A DNA stretch of 64,000 nt from Anaeromyxobacter sp. (GTDB taxonomy: Bacteria; Myxococcota; Myxococcia; Myxococcales; Anaeromyxobacteraceae): NCBI GenBank assembly GCA_049840735.1, contig JASGJN010000022.1, positions 192,001 through 256,000 on the forward strand, given 5' to 3'. The notes under the pieces were generated by a model. It was not told the DNA's origin, searched no databases, and was given only the letters and a program-made list of their open reading frames with translations. Each line of letters opens with the position of its first letter. The stretch's first letter is position 1. The translations under genes were made by a program, and so were the position numbers. Positions 31,090 to 40,012 of the stretch are shown one piece after another.

Positions 31090-31694
31090 GTGTCGAACCT
31101 GTACCTGAGCTCGAGCCCGGCGAAGCCGTTCCAGCGCGTCGGGTACTCGAAGTTGACGTTCTGCTTGCGGTCCGCGCCCACGTCGAAGGTGAGCGCCACG
31201 CCGGCGTGCGGGACGAGGAAGAGGTCAGGCCGCAGCTGCATGGCGCCGTACGCGCCCAGCTCGAGGGTGACGAGCTTCCAGTCGTAGTCGGAGGTGGAGC
31301 GCGTCCAGTAGAGCGCCCGGGTCAGCAGGCCGGCGTCGGCGAGGGTCACGCCCGCACCCGTGGGGAGCCGGGGCGCGGCCCAGAACGCGTAGCGCCAGTC
31401 GAGGCCGGCGGTGTACGTGTCCTCGCCGCCCGTGCCGAGGCTGGAGCCGAGCAGCGCGCCGATGGAGGAGCGCGGGCCGGGCTGGTAGGAGCCGACCACG
31501 TAGAAGCGCTCGTAGCTCGCGGCGCCGCCGTGGACCTGCCAGGCGTGGTTCCAGTCCGGCGCGGCCGGCTCGGCCGCTGGCGGGATGACGGGCGCTGCGG
31601 CCGCCGCCTCCGCCGGTGGCCCGGCGCCTTCCTCGGCCAGCGCCGGCGGCGCGAGGAGGAGCGCCAGGACGGCCAGTGCGCTGCGTGCGGACAC
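31083..31694 (-). CDS. Hypothetical exported protein, probable small outer-membrane beta-barrel (copy 2)
   Basis: Signal peptide; shares ALYWT.S...YDWK, AGVA..F, RKQ..NF..PT.WN and L.YRF with 29496-30110. Confidence 0.65.
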   Translation of the reverse strand: MSARSALAVLALLLAPPALAEEGAGPPAEAAAAAPVIPPAAEPAAPDWNHAWQVHGGAASYERFYVVGSYQPGPRSSIGALLGSSLGTGGEDTYTAGLDWRYAFWAAPRLPTGAGVTLADAGLLTRALYWTRSTSDYDWKLVTLELGAYGAMQLRPDLFLVPHAGVALTFDVGADRKQNVNFEYPTRWNGFAGLELRYRFDTW

Positions 31695-31800
31695 GGAACT
31701 CCCTTCCCGCAGGCCGGACCATCCGACCTGCTGCGCCCACTATAGGAGAGCGGGCCCGGGCCGGAACCGGGACCAAGGTCGCACGCGGCACGGGAGCGCC

Positions 31801-33345
31801 CTAGAGCCCCGTGGCGCCGCCGGCCGGCGCGGGGCGCGGGGTGGGGCCGACCGGCTGGACCAGCGGGGCGGGCCGGCCGGCGAACGTGTACAGGTGGTAG
31901 CGCCCGGCCTGGCCGGCGGGGCGGAAGCTCCCCGCGATGGCCTGCACCACCGGCGTGCCCAGGTGGCGCGGGTTGGGGCCGGCCAGGTCGGGGTGCTCGA
32001 TGGGCTCGAACAGCACCACCGCCGGCACCTGGCCTGCCTGCAGCGCGGCCACCAGCGGCGCCGCGAAGGCAGGGTCGCGCTCGTCCAGCAGCCGCAGCAT
32101 CCAGCTGTCGAGCGCCAGCGGCCGCTGGCCGGCCAGGAGCGGCACCAGCGGATCCTCCGAGAGCACCCGCGCGCCGGGCGGCAGGAGGGCGATGGCGGCG
32201 CGCACCTGGGCCAGGCGGCTCTCGCGCCGGTCCTGCCGGAGGTCGAGCCCGGCCGAGGCGAGCCCGGTCACGGCCGCGAGCGCGGCCGCGGCCACCGCCA
32301 CCCGCTGGCGCGCCGGGCCCGCGCCCACCGCCCGGGCCAGCGCCGCGCCCAGCACCGCCGCCGAGGCCACCTCCAGCTCCACGAAGTGGTTGGTGGCGGT
32401 CCCCGGCGATCCGAAGACCACCGCCGCCGCGCCCACGGCCAGCGCCAGCCAGCACGCGCCCAGCAGCAGCACCGCCGACTCCGGCGCGCGCCAGCCCCCC
32501 GGCTCCCGCGGCCGCGCTGCCAGGAGCGCCGTCACCGCCGCTGCCAGCAGGGCCAGCCCGGCCCGGTCGGCGAAGCGCAGGTGGAAGAGGACGCGCGCCG
32601 GGCCGCCCAGCAGCGAGCGGAGGTCGGCGCCGCCCGAGGCGCAGGCGGCCAGGGTGGTCAGGAAGCGGCCTCCGGAGAGCAGCTCGGCCAGCGCCAGCCA
32701 GAGCAGGCCCAGCCCACCACCCAGCCCGAGCAGGCGCACCGCCGCGACGCGCTCGCGCCGCAGGGCCAGGAAGGCGACGCCGGCGGCCAGCCCGGTGAGC
32801 GCGGTCATCTTGGCCGCGAACGCCAGCGAGAGCAGGAGCGCGGCCAGCGGGAGCCGCCAGCGCCCGGCGCCGAGCAGCGCCGCCAGCCCGAGCGCGGTGA
32901 GCGCCACCGGCCAGAGATCGCCGCGGTTGGCGGTCAGCGCCCGCTGCGCCGCCCCGCCCGCCAGCGCGGCGGCCGCCAGCAGCGCCGCCTCGGCCCGCCC
33001 CAGCCCGGCGCGGCGCAAGAGCAGCGCCACGCCCAGCACCGCCAGCAGGCCGGCCGCCGCCGCCACCGCGTAGCCGGCGGGCAGGAGCGGGACGCCGGCC
33101 CGGAGCAGCCCCGCGTGCAGCGCGAAGACCAGCGGGAAGTTGCGCGTGCCGCCGTAGCCGAGCCGAGGGTCCTGCAGCGGCCGGTAGAAGGTCCCGTGCG
33201 CCAGGTCGTCGGCCAGCGCCATCCAGGCGCCGCCCACGTGGTTGAGGGCGTTGCCGCTCTGCCAGGCCGCCGGCAGCCGGGCCAGCGTGAGGGCGGCCAG
33301 CAGGGCGCAGAGGGTCAGGGGGAGCGCGAGCGCACGCCTCGGCAT
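31801..33345 (-). CDS. Polytopic membrane protein, possible GT-C-type glycosyltransferase
   Basis: Many TM segments; loop motifs YGGTRNFPL, RGD, AAK; follows the flippase and GT4 genes. Confidence 0.5.
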   Translation of the reverse strand: MPRRALALPLTLCALLAALTLARLPAAWQSGNALNHVGGAWMALADDLAHGTFYRPLQDPRLGYGGTRNFPLVFALHAGLLRAGVPLLPAGYAVAAAAGLLAVLGVALLLRRAGLGRAEAALLAAAALAGGAAQRALTANRGDLWPVALTALGLAALLGAGRWRLPLAALLLSLAFAAKMTALTGLAAGVAFLALRRERVAAVRLLGLGGGLGLLWLALAELLSGGRFLTTLAACASGGADLRSLLGGPARVLFHLRFADRAGLALLAAAVTALLAARPREPGGWRAPESAVLLLGACWLALAVGAAAVVFGSPGTATNHFVELEVASAAVLGAALARAVGAGPARQRVAVAAAALAAVTGLASAGLDLRQDRRESRLAQVRAAIALLPPGARVLSEDPLVPLLAGQRPLALDSWMLRLLDERDPAFAAPLVAALQAGQVPAVVLFEPIEHPDLAGPNPRHLGTPVVQAIAGSFRPAGQAGRYHLYTFAGRPAPLVQPVGPTPRPAPAGGATGL

Positions 33346-33397
33346 CGGTCGGATCTACCTGCCTTTCCGGCGGCCGGATACCCCGGCGACGCGGGCC

Positions 33398-34879
33398 TCA
33401 CCCCTCGGCCGGCGCGCGCTCTCCCGCGGCCACCGCCGCCCGGCGGCCCCGGAACAGCCCCACCCAGCCGCCCGGGAGCCAGCCGCGCGCCCAGGAGAGT
33501 CCGACGTAGGCCAGCGCGAAGGCGATCCCGGCCGCCGCCAGCCGCGCCAGCTGCGGCACCCCCGGCAGCTGCAGCGCCACCCACGCCGCCGGCATGGCCA
33601 CCGCGGTGGCCGCGCCCTGGCGCAGCAGCGCCCGCCACGGCAGCACCGCCCGGAGCGGGACCTCGAAGAGCTGGCCGGTGCGGTGCAGCAGGGCGGCGCG
33701 CGCCAGCGCCTCCGCCACCACCCAGCCCAGCAGCGCGCCGAGGGGGCCGACCGCGCGCAGGCCGGCGGTGACCAGCGCCAGCGTCGCGGCCAGCTTGAGC
33801 GCCGAGAGCACCAGCATGTAGCGGTTCTGGGCGCGGGCCCGCATCACGCCGTCGAGCGGCAGCGCGGCCAGCGCCACGGGGATCACCGCCACGCGGAAGA
33901 TGGGGACCGAGGCCTGGTAGCGGGCCGAGAAGAGGAAGGTGATTAGCTCGGGGGCGGCCACCAAGAGGAGCCCGGTGAGCGGCACGAAGGCGAAGGAGAG
34001 CTGCAGCACCGCCTCGTGGAAGAGGGCCAGGCCGGCGTGCCGCGGCCGCCCGGCGCCGTCCAGCTCGGCCAGGCCGATCTGCAGCAGCTCCGAGATCGGC
34101 GTGTAGAGGATGTCCACCACCGGCAGCTGGAAGCAGCCCACGCTGTAGACCGCGAAGGCCGCCGCGCTCACCGCCGCCGCCACGGCGTACAGGTGGTACT
34201 GCTGCTGCGGGACGATCAGCAGGAAGGCCGCGCCGAAGGGGAGCGCGTAGCCGGCCATGCGCCGCAGCAGCGCCAGCTCCGGCCGCAGCCCGTGCTTGCC
34301 CAGCGCCCACCAGGTGACGACCGCGCGCAGCCCGGCCGCCACGGCGATCCCGGCGAACACCCCCTCCACCCGCCCGGTCAGCGCCGCGCCCGCCACCATG
34401 GCCGCGCCGCGCGCCACCTCGGTCCCCACCCGCACCAGCGCCGCGGCCGTGACCCGCCCGGCCGCGTTCCAGGCCACGTCGAGCGGCGCGCCGGCCAGCC
34501 CCAGCGCGGTGAAGAGGGCGATCCAGGGCAGGTTGCGGGTCAGGTCGGGGTTGCCCAGGGTGGCCTGGACCAGCGGCGCCCCCGCCAGCAGCAGCGCCGC
34601 GGCCAGGGCGCCCAGGCCGGCGGTGACGAGCAGCGTCTGCCCCACGTAGCGCCAGTGGTTGGCCGGGTCGCGCGGCACGAAGTAGTAGAGGCTCTGGGTG
34701 AGCCCCATGGGCAGCACCAGCTGCAGCGTCTGCGAGAGCAGCCAGGCCTGCTTGAAGGTGCCGTACGCGTCGGGCAGGAGCGCCCGGGCCAGCACCATGG
34801 GGACGGCGAACGTCAGCGCCGCGCCCGCCAGCCGCGCCACCAGCAGGGGCCGCGCGCGGCCGAGGATCGAGTCCGCCAC
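33398..34879 (-). CDS. Wzx/MOP-family polysaccharide flippase
   Basis: Many TM helices; VLARALLPDAYGTF, GL..SLYYFVPR, FAVYSVG patterns. Confidence 0.78.
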   Translation of the reverse strand: MADSILGRARPLLVARLAGAALTFAVPMVLARALLPDAYGTFKQAWLLSQTLQLVLPMGLTQSLYYFVPRDPANHWRYVGQTLLVTAGLGALAAALLLAGAPLVQATLGNPDLTRNLPWIALFTALGLAGAPLDVAWNAAGRVTAAALVRVGTEVARGAAMVAGAALTGRVEGVFAGIAVAAGLRAVVTWWALGKHGLRPELALLRRMAGYALPFGAAFLLIVPQQQYHLYAVAAAVSAAAFAVYSVGCFQLPVVDILYTPISELLQIGLAELDGAGRPRHAGLALFHEAVLQLSFAFVPLTGLLLVAAPELITFLFSARYQASVPIFRVAVIPVALAALPLDGVMRARAQNRYMLVLSALKLAATLALVTAGLRAVGPLGALLGWVVAEALARAALLHRTGQLFEVPLRAVLPWRALLRQGAATAVAMPAAWVALQLPGVPQLARLAAAGIAFALAYVGLSWARGWLPGGWVGLFRGRRAAVAAGERAPAEG

Positions 34880-35022
34880 CAGTCCTCCTCACCTCCCGCC
34901 CGCGGCTGACGCCGGGCGCGGGGCAACGATGCGCCTCGCCCGCGCCCGCGGCGGGGCCCGCCGGCCGGTCTTCCGGGGACGGGCTCCGGGCGGGCGGCCT
35001 GCTGCGGGGCGAACGGCAGGCC

Positions 35023-36174
35023 TCACCCGGCGCGGGCGGCGCCGGTGCCGGCGGGCGCCCGCTGCGGGTCGAGCACCGCCAGCATCCGCGCCGCGGCCCG
35101 GTCCCAGCCGAAGCGGGCCTGCGCGCGCGCCCTGCCGGCCGCGCCCATGCGCGCCGCCCGCCGCGGGTCGGCCACCAGCGCCCCCAGCGCCGCCCCCAGC
35201 GCCGCCGAGTCGCGCGGCGGGACCAAGAGGCCGGTCTCCCCGTCGGCCACGATCTCCGGGATGGCCTCGATGCGGCTGGCCACCACCGGGAGGCCGAAGG
35301 CCATGGCCTCCAGCAGCGAGAGGCCGAAGGCCTCGCGCAGCGTGGGCAGCGCGAACAGGGTGGCCCGCGCGTAGAGCCGGGCCAGCGCCGCGCGCCCCAG
35401 CGGGCCGTGGAAGGTGACGCCGGGGGGGGCGGAGGCGGGCATGGCGGCGGAGACCACGTCCAGCTGGGCCTCCGGGTGCTCGCGCCGGACCGCGGCGAAC
35501 GCGTCCAGCAGCTCCGGGCCGCCCTTGGGGACGAAGGTCTTGCCCACGAAGAGCACGCGCGGCAGCCGCGCCCGCTCCGGGAGGCCGCCGCCCGGGGCCA
35601 CGTTGGGGCCGGCGCCGACCACCGTGACGCGGGCCGGATCGACGCCGTAGTCGTGGCGCAGCGAGTCGCGCACGTGCTCGCTCATCACGAAGATGCCCTG
35701 CGCGTTGCGGTAGACGGCCCGCTCGCGGGCCCGCCAGGTGGGCTCGTACGGCACCGGCGGCGGCAGCCCGGGCAGCGGGTCGTAGCGCTCGGCGATGGCC
35801 CGGGTGTGGTCCAGGTAGAGGTGGTACGGCACCTCCGGGTAGGGGCCCGTCCCGAAGAGCACGCCGGCCTGGATCACCGCGTCCGGGCGGGCGCGGCGCA
35901 CCTCGCGGGCCGCGGCCGCAGAGAGGTGGTCGAAGGCCCAGGTGGTGTGGAGGTAGTAGGACTTCCAGTGGATGCCGTGCTGGCGCAGCGCCTCGGTCAC
36001 GCCGCGCACCGCGGCGGGGCGAAGGTTTGGCAGGTGCGAGCCGGGGCGCAGCTGGTACATGAACGGCTCGACGGGGTTGGCGTGGAGCACCTCGACCCCC
36101 TCCGCCGAGAGCGCGGCGGAGAGGGAGGCGGTGACGCCCGACTGCGGCCCGTAGTGGAGGTAGAGGAGGCGCAC
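35023..36174 (-). CDS. Glycosyltransferase family 4
   Basis: EAFGLSLLEAMAFGLPVV, PEIVADGETGLLVPP; N-terminal Y.HYG.QSGVT shared with 13478-14647. Confidence 0.88.
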   Translation of the reverse strand: MRLLYLHYGPQSGVTASLSAALSAEGVEVLHANPVEPFMYQLRPGSHLPNLRPAAVRGVTEALRQHGIHWKSYYLHTTWAFDHLSAAAAREVRRARPDAVIQAGVLFGTGPYPEVPYHLYLDHTRAIAERYDPLPGLPPPVPYEPTWRARERAVYRNAQGIFVMSEHVRDSLRHDYGVDPARVTVVGAGPNVAPGGGLPERARLPRVLFVGKTFVPKGGPELLDAFAAVRREHPEAQLDVVSAAMPASAPPGVTFHGPLGRAALARLYARATLFALPTLREAFGLSLLEAMAFGLPVVASRIEAIPEIVADGETGLLVPPRDSAALGAALGALVADPRRAARMGAAGRARAQARFGWDRAAARMLAVLDPQRAPAGTGAARAG

Positions 36175-36281
36175 CCGCGGAAGGTGGTGACGCGGCAGGC
36201 CACCGGCCGCCTCCCGGACGGACGCTCCTCCGCGCGGGCCGGGAGGGGTCTCCTGCCTACCTCCCCTCCGTCCTCCCGCCT

Positions 36282-36330
36282 CCGTTCGCCCTGAGCGTAG
36301 CCTCGCCACCAGGCGGGGCGAAGTCGAAGG
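36282..36330 (-). repeat. REP-like repeat
   Basis: CCGTTCGCCCTGAGCGTAG-CCTCGCC-acca-GGCGGGG-CGAAGTCGAAGG on the + strand. Confidence 0.85.
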
Positions 36331-36337
36331 GCAGGGT

Positions 36338-37369
36338 TCAGCGCCCGGCCGTCCCCCAGGCCGGATCGTCCTCCACCATCCGCCGGAGCCACTCCGGGAG
36401 CGGGACGTCACCCGCCGTGTACCCTGCCGGCGCCTGGAGCAGGGCGTGGTCGCTCCCGGGCACTAGGAAGGCCGCGGTCCCGGGATCGGCGAAGCGCTCG
36501 TCCACCAGCCGGAGCAGCGCCTGCTCGAACGCCGCCGGCTCGAGCAGCAGGAAGGCGCGGATCACCTCGTCCTGCCGGGAGGAGAGCAGCGCCAGCCGGT
36601 CGCCCGGATGCCGGGCCGCCAGCACGGGGACGATCTCCGAGAGATCGAGCGCGCAGTCCGGGCAGAGCTGGAGCAGCGTCCGGTCCAGGCGCCAGGCCAC
36701 GGTCCAGAGCGCCCGCTCCTCCGGCCGGATGTCGTCGCCCACCAGCGGCGGCCCGGCGTCGTCCACCAGGTAGCCGCCGCCCTCCGGCCAGCGCTGGCGC
36801 GCCAGGTCGAACGCCAGCAGCGCGCCGTAGCCGCCGGCGCTGGAGCCGCTCACCACCAGCTTCTGCGGCGCGGGCAGGTGGTCCCCCAGCCAGGCCACGT
36901 CGGCGCGCAGGTTCTCGGCGCCGTGGTGGTGCCAGGGGCGGGGCGCCTGCGGGTAGTCCTGGGTGGCGTCGCCCCAGTGCTCGTCCCCGGTGCAGTAGGG
37001 GACGAACACCAGCGTGGCGTCGGCGAAGGGCGAGCCCGGCAGCGCGCGGTCCAGGAGCGAGCCGGGGATGCGCGTCTCCGCGTCCCACTGCGCCTGTGCG
37101 TACGGCCCGGGCTTGGCGAGGTGGAAGGTGAAGCAGGTGAGCGTGTCCCAGCAGGCGCCGCCGCCGTCCAGGAAGACCACGGTGGTGCCGTCGGTGCCGG
37201 GGCTGACCGCCAGGCCGGTGGCGCTGCCGTCGCTGCACTGCGTCCCGGGCACGTCCACCCAGGTCCAGGTCTTCACCGGCAGCGGGGGAGCGGGCGCGGG
37301 CATGCCCGTCCCGCCGCAAGCGGCGGCGAGGGCGAGCAGGAGGGCGGGGGCGGCGAGGCGGCGGGGCAT
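36338..37369 (-). CDS. Pectin acetylesterase-family hydrolase lipoprotein
   Basis: Lipobox AAAC; CSDGS, FLDGGGACW, VPYCTGD.H.G, GSSAGGYG. Confidence 0.82.
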   Translation of the reverse strand: MPRRLAAPALLLALAAACGGTGMPAPAPPLPVKTWTWVDVPGTQCSDGSATGLAVSPGTDGTTVVFLDGGGACWDTLTCFTFHLAKPGPYAQAQWDAETRIPGSLLDRALPGSPFADATLVFVPYCTGDEHWGDATQDYPQAPRPWHHHGAENLRADVAWLGDHLPAPQKLVVSGSSAGGYGALLAFDLARQRWPEGGGYLVDDAGPPLVGDDIRPEERALWTVAWRLDRTLLQLCPDCALDLSEIVPVLAARHPGDRLALLSSRQDEVIRAFLLLEPAAFEQALLRLVDERFADPGTAAFLVPGSDHALLQAPAGYTAGDVPLPEWLRRMVEDDPAWGTAGR

Positions 37370-37413
37370 GACCGCTCAACCTGGGGCGCGGCGGCCCGGC
37401 GCGCCAGCGCCGA

Positions 37414-38400
37414 CTAGAACGTGAGCACCAGCTTCCCGAAGCTCTCGTTCCGGTCGAGCCGGGCGTGGGCCTCGCGCACCTGGTCCACCGGCAGCACGGC
37501 GTCCACCACCGGCTTCACCTTCCCGGCCTCCACCAGCGGGAGCACCTCGCGGGCGAAGGCCTGGGTGGCGGCGATCTTCTCCTCCAGCGGGCGCGGGCGG
37601 AGCACCGTGCCGACGATGGCGCCGCGGGCCTTCATGAGGCCGGAGAGGTCGAGCTGGAGCTTGGCGCCGGCCATGGTGCCGATGACCACGATGCGGCCGC
37701 CCGTGGAGAGGGCCGCCACGTCCTCGGCCAGGTAGGGGCCGCCCACGAACTCGAGCACCAGCGGTGTGCCGCGCCCGCCGGTGAGCGCCCGCACCTGCTC
37801 GGCGAAGCGGGGCGGGTCGCCCTCCACGCGCAGCCCGTGGTCGAGCCCCAGCGCCGCCGCCTGCTCCAGCTTGGCCTGGGTGCGGGAGGTGCCGATCACG
37901 GTGGCGCCGGAGGCGCGGGCGATCTGCAGCGCCACGGTGGCCACGCCCGAGCCGACGGCGTGGATGAGCACGGTCGCGCCCGGGCGCAGGCCGCCCTGGG
38001 TGAAGAGCGCGTCGTGCGAGGTGAGGCCGGCCTCCGGCAGCGCGCCCGCCTCCTCCCAGGAGAGCCGTTCGGGCACGCGCAGCAGCATCCGCTCGTGGAC
38101 CAGGCAGAGCTCGGCCTGGGCCTCGCCGGCGGTGATGGCCATGACCCGGTCGCCTGGCTTCCAGGCCGTCACCCCCTCGCCCATCGCCGCCACCTCGCCG
38201 GCCAGCTCCAGCCCGGGCACGTCGGCGCGGGTGCCGGGCGGCGGCGGATAGAGCCCGCGCCGCTGCAGCAGGTCGGCGCGGTTGAGCGCCGCCGCCTTGA
38301 CCCGCACCAGCACCTCGTGGCGCGCCGGCGCCGGATCCGGCAGCTCGCGGACCTCGATCACCTCGGGCCCGCCCTTCCCCGTGAAGATCACCGCGCGCAT
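37414..38400 (-). CDS. NAD(P)H:quinone oxidoreductase (PIG3/zeta-crystallin-like MDR)
   Basis: LNRADLLQRRGLYPPP, PGLE.AG.V, LIHAVGSGV, FGKLVL. Confidence 0.88.
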   Translation of the reverse strand: MRAVIFTGKGGPEVIEVRELPDPAPARHEVLVRVKAAALNRADLLQRRGLYPPPPGTRADVPGLELAGEVAAMGEGVTAWKPGDRVMAITAGEAQAELCLVHERMLLRVPERLSWEEAGALPEAGLTSHDALFTQGGLRPGATVLIHAVGSGVATVALQIARASGATVIGTSRTQAKLEQAAALGLDHGLRVEGDPPRFAEQVRALTGGRGTPLVLEFVGGPYLAEDVAALSTGGRIVVIGTMAGAKLQLDLSGLMKARGAIVGTVLRPRPLEEKIAATQAFAREVLPLVEAGKVKPVVDAVLPVDQVREAHARLDRNESFGKLVLTF

Positions 38401-38417
38401 CGCTTGCCTCCCGCCGC

Positions 38418-38864
38418 TCAGCCGGCCTGCCCGCGCCGCATCCCCGGCGCGCCGAAGTGGCCGGTCGCGGCGCCGAAGGGCGCCTCCCAGGCCGCGCCCT
38501 CCGCGTCGGCCGCGATCGAGGCCCGGCCGGGCTCGACGCGGGCCAGAGGATAGCGATCGCGCCGCGCCGGCGCGACGCGCTCCTCGTCGCTGGGGCAAAC
38601 GGCCGAGAGGTCCAGCCCCGGGAGCGCATCCGGGGGCTCGACGGCCACCGCCAGGAAGTAGCCGTTGTACGTCCCCTCCCACCACATCGAGAGCTCGGCC
38701 GGCGCCGCGGCGGCGGCCGCGCAGGCCTGCAGCAGCGCCGCGCGGAAGGCCCGGAACGGCGCGCCGTCGTGGCGCGGATCCAGCTCCGGCGTGGCCGCGG
38801 CGCCGAAGCGGTGGCGCAGCTCGTCGAGCGAGAAGAGCAGGGTGCGGGCGGGCGCGGCGGGCAT
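38418..38864 (-). CDS. Hypothetical protein
   Basis: Fills the gap co-directionally; protein-like core WWEGTYNGYFLAVAVEP. Confidence 0.55.
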   Translation of the reverse strand: MPAAPARTLLFSLDELRHRFGAAATPELDPRHDGAPFRAFRAALLQACAAAAAAPAELSMWWEGTYNGYFLAVAVEPPDALPGLDLSAVCPSDEERVAPARRDRYPLARVEPGRASIAADAEGAAWEAPFGAATGHFGAPGMRRGQAG

Positions 38865-38952
38865 GGGGGAGGCGTAAGGCGCAGGGCGCCGCCGTCCAGG
38901 GCTCAGGCGTGGTCGCGGGGCCGGCTGTCCACCGGCGAGCTGCCGCGGGCCG

Positions 38953-39753
38953 CTACCCCCGCAGCTGGCCGTCGATCCCCACCACCACGTCGCGCAGGGG
39001 GAGGTCCTTGCCCGAAGCGGCGATGGCCTGGCGCGCGGCCATGGCGATGCCGCCGCAGCAGGGCACCTCCATCCGCACCACCGTCACGCTCCGCACGTCG
39101 GAGCGGGTCAGGATCTGCGCCAGCTTGGCGGCGTGCGAGTGGAGGTCGTCGAGCTTCGGGCAGCCCACCACCAGCGCGTTGCCGTCGAGCAGGTCCTGGT
39201 GGAAGCGGGCGTAGGCGAAGGGGACGCAGTCGGCCGCGACCAGCAGGTCGGCGCCCTGGAAGTAGGGCGCCGTGGGCGGGACCAGCGTCAGCTGGACCGG
39301 CCACTGCCCCAGCCGGCTCTCGCTGCCCTCGGCCGGGCGGCGCGCGGCCGGCCCCGCGGGCGGCTCCGGGACCACGCTCAGGCTCCGGCGCGGGAGGACC
39401 TGCGCGCGCGAGCCTGGGCAGCCGCCGCCGTGATCGCCGTGAGGACCGTGGCCGTGCGCGGCGTGCGCCGCGGCCGGCGCGGGGTGGGCGTGCGCGTGCG
39501 GCGCCGGGCGGCCCTGGCGCGCCAGGTGGGCGCTCACCGCCACCTCGTCGAAGGCGTCCGCCTCGCGCTCGATGACGGTGATCGCGCCCTGCGGGCACTC
39601 GCCCAGGCAGGCGCCGAGGCCGTCGCAGAGGACGTCAGCGGAGAGGCGCGCCTTGCCGCCCACCAGGGCGATGGCCCCCTCGGCGCAGGAGGGCACGCAC
39701 TGCCCGCAGCCGTCGCACTTCGCCTCGTCGATCTGCACGATCTTCCGGAGCAT
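38953..39753 (-). CDS. 4Fe-4S dicluster iron-sulfur protein
   Basis: CDGCGQCVPSC, CDGLGACLGECP, GCPGS, QWPVQL, AADC, GCPKLDD, MEVPCC. Confidence 0.85.
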   Translation of the reverse strand: MLRKIVQIDEAKCDGCGQCVPSCAEGAIALVGGKARLSADVLCDGLGACLGECPQGAITVIEREADAFDEVAVSAHLARQGRPAPHAHAHPAPAAAHAAHGHGPHGDHGGGCPGSRAQVLPRRSLSVVPEPPAGPAARRPAEGSESRLGQWPVQLTLVPPTAPYFQGADLLVAADCVPFAYARFHQDLLDGNALVVGCPKLDDLHSHAAKLAQILTRSDVRSVTVVRMEVPCCGGIAMAARQAIAASGKDLPLRDVVVGIDGQLRG

Positions 39754-40012
39754 CTGCCGCTTATCCCATGTGGGACGGGGGGGCCGATAGTCAGCGAACG
39801 CTTTTCAGGTGTGGGCGGGCGGCGCCGGGCCCGGCCAGGCGGCTGCCGCCAGGCGGTGGCCCGACCCATGCTTTGGGCGATACCGGCGTCGCGCTCGCGT
39901 CAGCCGCCTGACGCGCCCGTGTGCCCGTCCGCCGATCGGGCGAGGAAGAAAACTGGAACAGGCCGAGCCGAGGGGCTAGGCATGTAGGCTGGCGATATCG
40001 CCCGGAGCTTAG

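Noticed and set aside
39764..39775. TCCCA-tg-TGGGA palindrome just upstream of the Fe-S protein gene
   Set aside because: Only 5-bp arms, which could arise by chance.
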